Shown here: piece after piece, positions 38,703 to 48,875 of the stretch | Position numbering within the stretch: the stretch's first letter is position 1 | Layout: each line of letters starts with the position of its first letter | Assembly (NCBI GenBank): GCA_021373255.1 | Contig: JAJFTD010000199.1 | Span: 611 to 64,610, forward strand | Origin: a bacterium | Lineage (GTDB): Bacteria; Armatimonadota; UBA5829 | DNA length: 64,000 nucleotides | Direction of reading: 5' to 3' | Program-made: the position numbers and the translations under genes | Notes under the pieces: generated by a model | Told to the model about the DNA's origin: nothing | The model's input: only the letters and a program-made list of their open reading frames with translations | Database searches by the model: none

Positions 38703-39393
38703 TAAGTGGCCTTTGCTCAGATGCAATGTTGTCGTTTCTTTTGCATTGCTTAAGCGACAGCATTCTAGATAGAATCTCATTGTCGGTTAGTGTGGAACTG
38801 GCACCTGCCAGCCATACGTTAGGACCATTGAAAACCTTAGTATAACCAGTGAGTCCTTCGGGATTGAAACAGATAAAATTCTCGGATGCCGGCTTCTGAA
38901 CAGACTGGCGCTCCACAAATCCCCACTGGTTCACAACTCCCGGTAACGGCACTGTCACACCATCGACAGCCACTGCGATAATGCCCTCGCATTCTCGTCT
39001 ACGGACCGAGAAAACCCGGTGCGTTCCATCACACAGGACAAGTTGCGATTGCCTGCGTTCGATTATGGGAGGAGATACTAGCTGCACGAGATCCTGCTCA
39101 TAGCGGACCAGTATAGGCTCAAACAAACCTATACAGTGAGCACCGTACAGGTCAATAAGCCTTTCAGCAGTCTCTATTCGCCTTTCGTAGACATATCTGG
39201 TTAGGGGAACGATGTTGGCGACACGAATGCGTTCCAGTGTGTAAGTTGCATTAGAATGGCAGGTAAGCCTGCGCAGCAGAAAATCCAGAAAGCAGGTTCT
39301 ATCTACGGGCTTGACGGACTGTATTTGCAGTTGACGCGAATAGTACGGATTAGCCATGGTGCGCCTGACCTCGAGTAATGAAGAAAGGCTCAT
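38680..39393 (-). CDS. ParB/Srx-fold (DGxHR-type) domain protein
   Basis: The segment 'QLVLCDGTHRVFSV' resembles the ParB/sulfiredoxin/DndB 'DGxHR' box. Confidence 0.4.
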   Translation of the reverse strand: MSLSSLLEVRRTMANPYYSRQLQIQSVKPVDRTCFLDFLLRRLTCHSNATYTLERIRVANIVPLTRYVYERRIETAERLIDLYGAHCIGLFEPILVRYEQDLVQLVSPPIIERRQSQLVLCDGTHRVFSVRRRECEGIIAVAVDGVTVPLPGVVNQWGFVERQSVQKPASENFICFNPEGLTGYTKVFNGPNVWLAGASSTLTDNEILSRMLSLKQCKRNDNIASEQRPLNVKDSVN

Positions 39394-39552
39394 CTCGCAA
39401 CATCACCAGGAGTGCCAATGTTGGTGCCCAACGTGGAGTCCGGCAGGGGATGTTCTGGGCATCAGTTGGGCCGCCATAGATGTCTATCCGAGCTGCGTCG
39501 AACTTGCCCATTGATACTACGCAGTGGAAAAAGCTTATGCTCATCCCCGATG

Positions 39553-40791
39553 TCAGCACTCCTCTCGTGCTTCAGTGTTATGTATAATCTCGCAGTAACT
39601 GGAGATTACAGAGTCCCTGTGAAAAACTCTCCTGGCGTGTGCACTAGCATTCTTGCTCATTCGCCTTCTAAGCCTTTCCGAGTTCACTAGAGTCAGTACG
39701 CAGTTGACCGCAGATTCGAAGTCGAAAGAACACCGATTCTTGCCGTCTGAACTGCGAACACAGGAGAACAGCAATCCACACTCGGAGGCGAGAATCTCCT
39801 GGCCGATTCCCACTACATCCGTCGATACGCAAGGCACCCCGCAGGCCATAGCCTCAGCAAGGCTCAGGTTGAATGAGTCGTGAAAGCTGCAATTGAGCTC
39901 GACATCAGCCGCACGCAGCACTTCTTCGACCCTATCAACGACTCCTGTCTGGATCAGACGGAAGTTGCGGCTCCGCTTTCGGGTAGGGAATGCAATCTTC
40001 GGTCCAACCATAGCCAGCGTGATCTGCCTGTCCGTGCGTTCAGCTACTGCGGCGGCGATATCAATCACAGCCTCTGGCATTTTCACAGGTCTCATATTGG
40101 AGTGGGACGATATAAGTAATTCACTCTCGCGCACCTGCAAAACCTTTCTAGCTTGAGCACGTTCTGCGGCCGAGGCTGCATGGAATCTTGAGAAATCGAG
40201 GATAGGGTAGGCAGTAACGAACGGACGGTTCAGTTCGTACATTGTAGTGATCTCGTCCGCAAACTGCCTGGTGTAGGTGATCAGAACAGATACTTCTGAA
40301 CTGCCGAGGATTCCTTTTGTCGTGTTCCGAACCTGCGGTCCAATCTCCCACATATCAGATCCGGCAGGAGTGAGCCAAAGGTCAGCAGGAAGACCCATTT
40401 CGGTTAGGGTGCGCTTACTGAGCCAGGCGGCATGTCCGTACGGAAACATGTATACGCCCCATAGTATAAGCCTGGAACCTGTACTGTGTAGCTTGATGGC
40501 AAGGTCAGTCATTTGCTCAGCTATGGTAAATACGGCAAGGACATCGCTGCTTTTGATTGGTTTTAGATCGCCTATTGCACCTGAACTAATGTCTTTGACT
40601 GTGTGAAAAGCAATCTGATCCGCATCATTAGTTCGGAAACGGAAGGGTCTTTCAAACCCAATGTAGTGGACGCATAGGCCTTCCCTTGAGAGTTCGTATA
40701 TGATGCCACTCATTATTTGTTGGGCACCCGAGAACCCGTGCGGACCAGTTACGATCAAAGCTACATCGTCAGTCGTTGTCGTCATCGTCAT
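39553..40791 (-). CDS. GT4-family (GT-B) glycosyltransferase
   Basis: The C-terminal motif is 'FHDSFNLSLAEAMACGVPCVSTDVVGI'. Length is 412 aa. Confidence 0.75.
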   Translation of the reverse strand: MTMTTTTDDVALIVTGPHGFSGAQQIMSGIIYELSREGLCVHYIGFERPFRFRTNDADQIAFHTVKDISSGAIGDLKPIKSSDVLAVFTIAEQMTDLAIKLHSTGSRLILWGVYMFPYGHAAWLSKRTLTEMGLPADLWLTPAGSDMWEIGPQVRNTTKGILGSSEVSVLITYTRQFADEITTMYELNRPFVTAYPILDFSRFHAASAAERAQARKVLQVRESELLISSHSNMRPVKMPEAVIDIAAAVAERTDRQITLAMVGPKIAFPTRKRSRNFRLIQTGVVDRVEEVLRAADVELNCSFHDSFNLSLAEAMACGVPCVSTDVVGIGQEILASECGLLFSCVRSSDGKNRCSFDFESAVNCVLTLVNSERLRRRMSKNASAHARRVFHRDSVISSYCEIIHNTEAREEC

Positions 40792-41623
40792 GTCTGGTCC
40801 TCATTGGCACTAGAATAGTATGGAGCGAATGTGCGATGCTCTGAGCTGTCCAGTGCTCTTTTTCAAAGTCTATCCCAGCAGCACTTGCATATATCTCGGT
40901 ATCTTGTAAGAATCGATCTATGCAAAAAAGAAGCGAATCAATTATGGAATCAGCATCGTAACGTGGCAACGTGTCGCCCAACGAACCTGCAAGTTCCGTC
41001 CCAAGATCAGTCTCAAACTTCTTTGATGGCAGCCGAAAATCCAATCCCGGCGGGGGTGAGTGCCGCAGAAGCCGGTTGGCAATCAGCAATTGGTCTCTAA
41101 CGTCCGATAGGTGACGTATGGCCAACCAAAGATGACCACGCTGAATATCCTTACACGTTGCCAGAGATCGTAACCAGAAGTAAGTATACGCCGACATGAA
41201 CACCTCGTGGTTGTCGACAGACAAGTCCTGGTTGGCCATGAGGAACGATGTATAGAACCCAGTGTGATCCCAAAGCACGTGGTCGTCTACTTGCATTGGA
41301 GTGGGAATGAGCGTGTCCCTAGTATTGATATTGAGTTGGCACACAAACGATGGAGAGAACAGAACAGTGAAGGAATACCCGTAACCATCAACTAAGACAG
41401 GTCCTCGGAACATGAGTATTTCGCCCAATTGCGACATGATGTCCCGTACGCCAAGCCGAAGAAATGCGTGGAGATCGCAACTGCTGGCGAGAGCGAAAAG
41501 GTCAAGGTCTGAATACCGATCCATCTGCCCCCTGCTAGCAGACCCACCTATAGCAAGCGCCTCCAGGTGCACTGCGCTTTCGTGATGTTGCAGATCTATA
41601 CATCTACTGATAAACTTATCCAT
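40769..41623 (-). CDS. pol-beta superfamily nucleotidyltransferase (KNTase/Lnu/ANT-like)
   Basis: The NTase signature is 'IGGSASRGQMDRYSDLDLFAL'. The gene overlaps the GT gene by 23 nt. Confidence 0.55.
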   Translation of the reverse strand: MDKFISRCIDLQHHESAVHLEALAIGGSASRGQMDRYSDLDLFALASSCDLHAFLRLGVRDIMSQLGEILMFRGPVLVDGYGYSFTVLFSPSFVCQLNINTRDTLIPTPMQVDDHVLWDHTGFYTSFLMANQDLSVDNHEVFMSAYTYFWLRSLATCKDIQRGHLWLAIRHLSDVRDQLLIANRLLRHSPPPGLDFRLPSKKFETDLGTELAGSLGDTLPRYDADSIIDSLLFCIDRFLQDTEIYASAAGIDFEKEHWTAQSIAHSLHTILVPMRTRHDDDDND

Positions 41624-42407
41624 ATCTCAATAACCTTGTCACTGCATCCTGCACAGTGCCTCGTGAGCCAGGCTCAGTTAAACAATACAGCGGATTAATG
41701 TTGATGGAGCATAGCGTGCATTCTGAGAACTTGGCGGATTCTGCCGGCTCAGAATCACTCTCTGCCACCTTGCTTACACCAACATTTCGAGCGCAACGAA
41801 CTTATCAAGACAAGGGCCTTGCATCAAGTTTTTATGGTCTAGGACACAGACGTCTAGCATCGACATTCTCGACAGAAATGCACCCATTCATTGGCAACTT
41901 CCGACTTGTCTGTCCAGCAACGTCAAATGCGATGCACGTATGGAACAAACCTAACTAAAGTCGATGATTCTGATGCCTCTATTGTGTCACCATTGTGACG
42001 TCAGTCGCACGCAGCTTAACAATATGCATGTTCGTCACATGGTGGAAAATGTCCTTCCGAATCATATAAAACTCATTACTGTTGAGTTCTAATGTTGAAA
42101 CGCCACTTTGGTGGTTCACAGGCCGATTCTAGTGGCAGTATGGTAGCCCTGACTCATATCCTGTCCAAACGTACTTCAGCGGTAGATGCTACTCCGCTGC
42201 TGACTACCCTAAAGAGTAATACGAGGAGTGCCTCACAGGTACGACGCAGCATATGACCTACCTCTGTGATTTATGAAAACTCAGAGCTAGCTTGAGAGGG
42301 TCCCGGAAACGGAGAAGTCGGCGGTAGTTAACGAACAACTATTGGGTATTGGTCATTGGAGGTCGGCCTAGGATGACCAATGCCGGCAGGAGAGGAGTGA
42401 AACTCAG

Positions 42408-42930
42408 ATGTCGACCACCAGCAGGGAGCTTAGCCAATCGTTCAGGGCAGACCTCATGAACGGCTTGCTAACGCCCGTCCTGCACCTGGTAAGGGCTGAC
42501 CATACACTTAGCCTTAACATCCGGAATGAGTATATGAACATCTGTTACAGGGGGGGTAACCTGGCTAAGATCAGCAGAGAGAATGGTGGTGGCTATACGT
42601 TCGAGTTCGACCAAATTACGGGAATGTGAGCCGCAAAGGACTTGGTGCATTGCCGCTCCTGAATATAGATGATCTCCCTCGCCATGTGCGACCCGATGGC
42701 AACAGCGACATCGATCAATGGATTGCTTCCGTGCCGTTGCTGAAGTGTACGATGAATCTATGGCTGCGACAGCAGAAGAACAACTTGGAGAGGAATTCCA
42801 GCAACTCGTGGAGCGCGCAAACAACGAGAACTCGGTCAGTGTATCCAATTGCAATATACCCCTGAGCCTTATTCGCCTTATCCAGCGGCGCGGCGGTTGT
42901 CTGGCACCATTACACAGGCTCTCAAGGTGA
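42408..42930 (+). pseudogene. possible frameshifted gene remnant (three short ORFs in different frames)
   Basis: The ORFs 42408-42629, 42626-42865 and 42718-42930 tile the region in shifting frames. No motif was recognised. Confidence 0.2.
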
Positions 42931-45900
42931 TCAAAATCCGAACTCGCTCAACGGCTCGCGCATTCGAGACTTGAGAGATGACAGAGTCTCGAATGTGTCC
43001 GCTACGGGCAAGTGTTCGCCAAGCATACTGTAGAGCCTGTGGCACTCGACTCTTGTCATTCCTCCTACTGCAGCATAGAGCGCGAGCTTCTCTGGCAAAT
43101 CAAAGCCTTCCTTGATACAAGCAGCAAGCACCCCTAGTGTTAACGGCATCTGCTCATCAGTTGAATTGCTCTCTATACATCGGCGGTGGAGCAACGTGAC
43201 CAGACCAACTGCATAGCTGAGTTCGGGAACAACCCGGAGGGCAAACTTACGACCGCGCTCAGCATAACGAGTTTTCGAGTTCAACCCCGTCTCAAGTTGC
43301 TTGATCGTAGCGCCGGAAATCCAAGATCGAGCAACCGAAAACAAAGCCTGGACCAGAGCAGCTTTCTCATCTACTGTGGCTTTCTCTGGTTCTTTAGAGT
43401 TCTTGAGCTTAACGAGCTTGCTAAATGCACCTGAAATAGTTTGGGGCCTAAGTATTCCGAACAGCCAATCCGGGTGCTTCTGAAGCCACTCACAAAACCA
43501 TATTAGCCAATCAGACACAGTCCACATCGGTAACGTTCCGATCTCACGCAACGCACAATGCAGACTCGAGACGATTGCAGGGTCAACTCCACTGTCGTTT
43601 GCTGCCCGCGCGAGCCACAGTGGAACGCTCATATCTGTCTCAACACGGCTTTTGAACTGTGAGAACCGCTGAATCCTCTCCTTAAACTCCGCAGATTGCC
43701 CCCGAATATCTGCATAATAAGCAGATAGGCTCCGATTAAGGAACGAGATGTCAACAATACCAGCATCGTCAACCGGCACGCGGTTTACAAAATACGTAAG
43801 GTCTGGATCATAGTTGCCACCGGCATTCTGTATCTTGTCCAAACACAGGTTTATGGGATCCTCTATTTCAACGCACTGATCACTTTGCGAAAAGACCTGT
43901 CGTTGCAAGTCAAACCATCGAGGATGAATAGCATTCTTCCCTTCGTCAAAGTCCACCACAGAACCGGGAATGATCACCACCATTCCTTGAGGGCAATACC
44001 CAGCTCTGCCGGCGCGACCAGCAGCATTTAGCAACTCGTGTGCCTCAAGAGATCGGGCATGCCCTGAATTTATATCGAACCGGTCATCCCCTGCGATAAT
44101 GACAGCTTCCGCTGGCAAGTTCATTCCTTGTGCTAGGGTGTTCGTAGCCGCGATAAGCTGTATGCCATCGCGTCTGCGAAATGCCTCTTCATTAAGCAAC
44201 CTTTCAGAGGGAAGCATCAAGGCGTGGTGACATCCTGCTAACCCGTCAAACGGACTGTAGACGCAAGCTGCATCGCCCATCTCAACTGCCGCGTTTTCGA
44301 TGAGTTCGAGTTCCCGAGAGGAAGGCACAGCCGACTGTATACTATCCTTTAGCTCCCTGGATGCCTCGCGGGCAAGTGACACAGTGTGAGTAGTGTTCTG
44401 TAGAAAGACCAGAGTCTTCATTCCAGCTTTTGCCATGCGAACGCCAATTGAGCGTGCCACCTCCACACGATTGGGAGTCAACGACCACCAAGCATTTGCC
44501 GACAATGGAACAGCGTCACCAAAGCCTAATAGAGCATAGTCCTTACGATCTGTGGTATTCCAAGTCTGATGTAAGCAAAAGAAACCATGTGGTTCTGCGC
44601 TCAGCTGTCTCACCACGTCCTTGCTGGGTGGCTTTGGTTTCTCACCTCGAGCACGAGCAACACGAAGTATCTGGGCTCTCCCTGCTCCGTTGAGCTGCTT
44701 GTATAGATCACCTATCTGATTAGATGGGTAGACAACACAACCACGTGCCTGACGTGTTGGCTTCCACGGCAGATGGATTGACAAACACATCTTGCCACAG
44801 CGTCCGCTGAGCCATTCAGCTAGCTTGTCTGGGTTCTGCATCATTGCAGATAACAGCAAGACATCTGCGCCCGGAGCAGCAGCCATTACGTGTAATAGAC
44901 ACATCGTAGCATCAATGCTACGTCTTGCCGAATTCGCGTCGTTTTCTGAGTAATGAATCAAGTGGCATTCATCGAAGACTACCAATCCACACGATGTGTA
45001 GGACTCCGGTGCAAAGCGAACTTCTGTCAGACATCGCTCAGGAGTCATTACGGCTACTACTGGGCTTTCAAATGACGGTCTTTCATCAGTTTCGGAATAT
45101 TCCCCGCCTCCTGAAAGATAAGTCAGCACTCGATGCGCAGGGAAAGCTTTTCGTAAGTCACTGATAACCTGACTTACCAGAGCGTGGGTCGGCACAAGGA
45201 ACACTACGCTCTGGCCACGGAGTAGTGCCGTAGCGATTTTCAGTTCTGCAAGAGCTGATTTTCCCGCGCCGGTTGGAAAGCTTACCGCGGCCGAGTGACC
45301 CGGAATCAAGTACCCTTTTCGGATCGCCTCCCAGTGATTTTCCCAAAGATAAGGTCTTCTGGTTGCCAGCCCCCTTACGTAGTGTCTCCATTCTTCTTGG
45401 TCAATCCCCATGGGTGCGCTCAAGGCTATGGCGGACACTTGCATCAAGCGATCTGTAGCTATTGAGAGCAGGGATGCTAGATGATGAGGGCCTCCGAACA
45501 ACTCACAGGCTGAATCAAGATATTCGAGGGGTGCGCCAATCTTTTCTCTGAACTCCGGTGGTGGTTGAAACTGCACAACTGCATCTTTGCGCACGTTGCT
45601 GAACAATCCGTATGGATCAACAGATGGCTTGTCACCAAGTAGCATTTGTGATACTGCCCGAACTCCAGCGTAAAGCCGATTCCACAACACTCGACAGGCA
45701 ATTACGTAGAGATCGTCGGACTCCGGATATGAGCTAGTAACATCCGGCGATAATCTGGCAATTCCGGCCAAGTCACCCTTGGCAAGCCCGGATATCGCAT
45801 TTATGAGTGCAGATTCTATGGTGGATTCAGTTTCAGCATTGACCTTATTGGCGACTGCACTTGCATCGGATGGGTAGCCAGCGATTATAAACAGCAGGAT

Positions 45901-46380
45901 TGCAGATAAGTCAGAGGAAATTGCGTCAGCACGCAGGTAACTAGTGAGGTTCTCATCTCGCCGAATCGACTCGGCAAGGTGAAGCAAATGGCGGGCAGAT
46001 GCGGCTACAAACGCGGCACTTCTTGTCTGGGGATTGTCGGGCTGTACTACAACCAAAGACTCATACGTGTTCGCCAATCGCTTGAGTTTGTCTAGGACCA
46101 TGCTTAACTCGTCTTCTGACGGAGCCGCGTCGTTGGCAAGGGATAGTCGCAAGGATACTATAGTCGCATAGGCCTCTGTCATTTCCTCAGGCAAGCTATC
46201 CAGATCCAATTGGTCCAGAGAAGGGGCTTGCGTAATTAGCAGTCGCGTCGTCGCATCAAACATCGGCTGCCTCGAGAAGTGTTTTGATCTCATCAGAGAC
46301 AGACTTGCAGAAGTTGTCCATCCAAGTGCGCATATCTGAAAAAGCGACTGTTTCAGCTCTGCGGCGCGAGATATTGCCAC
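42931..46380 (-). CDS. SF2 DEAD/DEAH-like helicase of 1149 aa, Hachiman HamB-like
   Basis: Helicase motifs are 'FPTGAGKSALAE', 'VVFDECHLI', 'LLSAMMQ' and 'LNAAGRAGRAG'. It has a large C-terminal extension. Its start overlaps the upstream HamA-like gene. Confidence 0.6.
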   Translation of the reverse strand: MAISRAAELKQSLFQICALGWTTSASLSLMRSKHFSRQPMFDATTRLLITQAPSLDQLDLDSLPEEMTEAYATIVSLRLSLANDAAPSEDELSMVLDKLKRLANTYESLVVVQPDNPQTRSAAFVAASARHLLHLAESIRRDENLTSYLRADAISSDLSAILLFIIAGYPSDASAVANKVNAETESTIESALINAISGLAKGDLAGIARLSPDVTSSYPESDDLYVIACRVLWNRLYAGVRAVSQMLLGDKPSVDPYGLFSNVRKDAVVQFQPPPEFREKIGAPLEYLDSACELFGGPHHLASLLSIATDRLMQVSAIALSAPMGIDQEEWRHYVRGLATRRPYLWENHWEAIRKGYLIPGHSAAVSFPTGAGKSALAELKIATALLRGQSVVFLVPTHALVSQVISDLRKAFPAHRVLTYLSGGGEYSETDERPSFESPVVAVMTPERCLTEVRFAPESYTSCGLVVFDECHLIHYSENDANSARRSIDATMCLLHVMAAAPGADVLLLSAMMQNPDKLAEWLSGRCGKMCLSIHLPWKPTRQARGCVVYPSNQIGDLYKQLNGAGRAQILRVARARGEKPKPPSKDVVRQLSAEPHGFFCLHQTWNTTDRKDYALLGFGDAVPLSANAWWSLTPNRVEVARSIGVRMAKAGMKTLVFLQNTTHTVSLAREASRELKDSIQSAVPSSRELELIENAAVEMGDAACVYSPFDGLAGCHHALMLPSERLLNEEAFRRRDGIQLIAATNTLAQGMNLPAEAVIIAGDDRFDINSGHARSLEAHELLNAAGRAGRAGYCPQGMVVIIPGSVVDFDEGKNAIHPRWFDLQRQVFSQSDQCVEIEDPINLCLDKIQNAGGNYDPDLTYFVNRVPVDDAGIVDISFLNRSLSAYYADIRGQSAEFKERIQRFSQFKSRVETDMSVPLWLARAANDSGVDPAIVSSLHCALREIGTLPMWTVSDWLIWFCEWLQKHPDWLFGILRPQTISGAFSKLVKLKNSKEPEKATVDEKAALVQALFSVARSWISGATIKQLETGLNSKTRYAERGRKFALRVVPELSYAVGLVTLLHRRCIESNSTDEQMPLTLGVLAACIKEGFDLPEKLALYAAVGGMTRVECHRLYSMLGEHLPVADTFETLSSLKSRMREPLSEFGF

Positions 46381-47053
46381 TCACAACCATATCGTACCCT
46401 TTGAACAGAAGTGCGTGGGAGACTGCCGGCTTAACTGTAACGCAAACCCGATACTGCTGATGTTTGTTCCAAAACACATCAGCCACTATATCTTCAGCCT
46501 GCTCTACTCCTTTGGCTGCCAGTATAGTAGACACTTCAGCCATCAGTTCATTGTCGCGTTCACCACGTTCATAGGCTGCAAACTCTGGCCAAACCTTATC
46601 TCTAACCTCATCCCGACTATTGTCAGTGGCCTTATCTTCGCAAATAGTAATCCCCCTCAGTCCACTAACACTATCGTTGAGGTGGACAATGAGCCCATCC
46701 TGTCCCTTCTCCGCTGGTTGCATTTGTGGTCTGCGCAGTATGACTAGGGAATCAGTTGACTGCTTAGCAGCAAGCCAGGAGATCAACTGGAACACCCAAC
46801 CATCGCGATGCCAACGTAGACCATCAGAGGCAGGAGGAGAAAGGTGCTTTAGGGCCGCCTGCGCTGCGTTCACGACCATTTTGGGAGACTTGTGTTGCTC
46901 TCCCTCAAGTATCTTCGCTATGTGGATGTGATAGCCTAGAGCAAGCCACGCAACGTACTGAGCAAGAAGCTCGGCGTCATGGATGGTCCACGTGGCACCA
47001 TGACACAGATTCTCGATGGTATAAGGCTGCAACTGAATAGGCATCGTCGTCAT
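46256..47053 (-). CDS. DUF1837-like PD-(D/E)xK protein, Hachiman HamA-like
   Basis: The D-x(n)-E-D-K arrangement is seen in 'GLIVHLND...ITICEDKATD'. The likely start is 'MTTMPIQ', with an RBS 'AAGGA' 4 nt upstream. The ORF call extends to 47212. Confidence 0.5.
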   Translation of the reverse strand: MTTMPIQLQPYTIENLCHGATWTIHDAELLAQYVAWLALGYHIHIAKILEGEQHKSPKMVVNAAQAALKHLSPPASDGLRWHRDGWVFQLISWLAAKQSTDSLVILRRPQMQPAEKGQDGLIVHLNDSVSGLRGITICEDKATDNSRDEVRDKVWPEFAAYERGERDNELMAEVSTILAAKGVEQAEDIVADVFWNKHQQYRVCVTVKPAVSHALLFKGYDMVVSGNISRRRAETVAFSDMRTWMDNFCKSVSDEIKTLLEAADV

Positions 47054-47181
47054 CCTTACGCAGACACATCCATTGAATACCGAGCCAGCATTCACCAGAC
47101 TGATCGCTGCGACAGCGCCGTTACTAATCGTAACACTTATATCATTCGCTACCAGGCAGACATTTACCTGCCAAACTCGGG

Positions 47182-47229
47182 CGTGTCGCCTCCACACTAG
47201 CGCTGAGTGCAAGGTGTGGAGGCGACACG
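47182..47229. other. 16-bp perfect-stem hairpin with a 16-nt loop, between the DUF4238 and HamA-like genes
   Basis: The stem is CGTGTCGCCTCCACAC...GTGTGGAGGCGACACG. It lies about 130 nt upstream of the HamA-like start, on the minus strand. Confidence 0.4.
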
Positions 47230-47438
47230 GGCTTCCGGCAGCAAGACTGCACCGAGGTTCGCGGCTATCCTATTCAAGGACAGTTGATGTTCCTTCCAGG
47301 TTACTATCCGCAGCATTTCTCCCTAATTGCGGGCTCAGGGCACGAGTGGAGTGTTTGATGATAGGCCGCAATTATGACCCTGTCTGTGTCGGCCACAGCT
47401 GCAGGCAACGCGAACAACGGAGCTCAGTTTGAACATTC

Positions 47439-48377
47439 TTATTCTCTGATCGAATCGGCGGCCGTGATCATTTCCTGGCATACGATGTCTGGATGCCGTG
47501 ACGAGATCATATAGCGATCTGCATTCTGCCACAGCAGAATATTGAAGAATCTCTCATTGTTGGCGGCCAATGGGTAATACTGACATGACGGTTCGTTGCG
47601 CATATCATCCATTGTGAGCAGTCGAGTTGGACTCAACGTAAAAAGAACAACTGTGTGTTTTGTCTTCAGTCCAAATGTGCCTTTAGCCAGGTCACTATTC
47701 GTATAGGTTACCGGATTGTCAGTTGTAATAAATACCGGCTCATCAGCAACGATGACCGACCACCGCTTTTCAAGCAGCACAGTCGCGATTTCTCCGACTG
47801 AGTACTTTATGTGGTCCACAAATATCCTCTGGAGTTCGTTGCCAGAAGCAGACTTGTATGTATTATATGAGGTTGCACCGAACGACATTGCCCGTCCTCG
47901 AAACACAATCTCGCCTATCCTCGGGTTTTCTAGACTATCTTTGGGAAGCGTTTCATAAAAAGAGACCAACTCATCATGTATCTTTTTCGTTTGCTCAAGC
48001 ATTGCGGGAGTTCGCACAAGCATGATGGATGTCAGGAGTGCGATGCCCTTTCTAAGTGATGGGGAACTCAAATCGACAAATCCAGTGGCCAACTGCGGCC
48101 ATATTCGTGAGAGCAATGCCTCAGCTTGTGCGAATCGGCTCTCCATTTCGAATGAATGCTTCCCATCGATATCTGCTGGTGAGTAGAGATGGTTTTGAGC
48201 GCATATATCATTGACTCCTGCAAGAACAGGATCACCATCATGTCGGTGAAAGATCCACACTCGAGGCTTTGGCGTGTTTACTGTCTCAGGTGTGGCAAAG
48301 TACTTGAGATAAAACCTTGGAACCCAATGCTGCTTGACTGGATCGTTCATCTTCTCAGTGCATTCCTCTCTTCTCAT
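47439..48377 (-). CDS. DUF4238 family protein
   Basis: The N-terminus 'QHWVPRFYLKYF' is a hallmark I recall for DUF4238. Confidence 0.5.
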   Translation of the reverse strand: MRREECTEKMNDPVKQHWVPRFYLKYFATPETVNTPKPRVWIFHRHDGDPVLAGVNDICAQNHLYSPADIDGKHSFEMESRFAQAEALLSRIWPQLATGFVDLSSPSLRKGIALLTSIMLVRTPAMLEQTKKIHDELVSFYETLPKDSLENPRIGEIVFRGRAMSFGATSYNTYKSASGNELQRIFVDHIKYSVGEIATVLLEKRWSVIVADEPVFITTDNPVTYTNSDLAKGTFGLKTKHTVVLFTLSPTRLLTMDDMRNEPSCQYYPLAANNERFFNILLWQNADRYMISSRHPDIVCQEMITAADSIRE

Positions 48378-48875
48378 CAGTAGGCAGCAGATTACCGCTG
48401 ATTGTCCATCGCAACGGAAGATCCTGATGAGAAAGCGAGCGATATTTGAGAGCGACTACACTAATGCTCATCACTCATCTACCTCTGCGCATACGAAACG
48501 GCAATCAAAAGCATCCTAGACGCAAACGTTACGGTGCGACGTTGACGGGTTTTCGATGCGCTTCGGCTTCGCTATGACTCCCTTATCCTTCGCCATCTGA
48601 TGTCAATCGTCCACAAGACCGGAACACATACAAAACATTGCCAGTGTCATTATTGCAAGGAACCTGAGCATGATGAGTACCCTCTCAATGTTAGCCAGTA
48701 GCCTTAATAATATTCGGCGATTCTTGTTCTTCGGCCTTCTTGAGAATGGAGGTTGCCTTGGCTAAGCAGCCGCTAATTTGGTAAGATGGTAGCAATTCTA
48801 TCACTATAGATTCACGACTCGTGTGCGCCTGGTAGCATCGAAACCGAGCCTAAATGCCGCGAGTAGGGAAATCCG

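Noticed and set aside
42136-42160. Sequence 'GGTAGCCC' resembling the start of the att core
   Set aside because: Only 8 nt match, and there is no adjacent recombinase 3' end. The match is consistent with chance.
48700-48875. Possible sigma70 promoter (TTGAGA ... TAAGAT) upstream of hen1
   Set aside because: The match is weak and the spacing is uncertain. I did not annotate it as a feature without transcript data.
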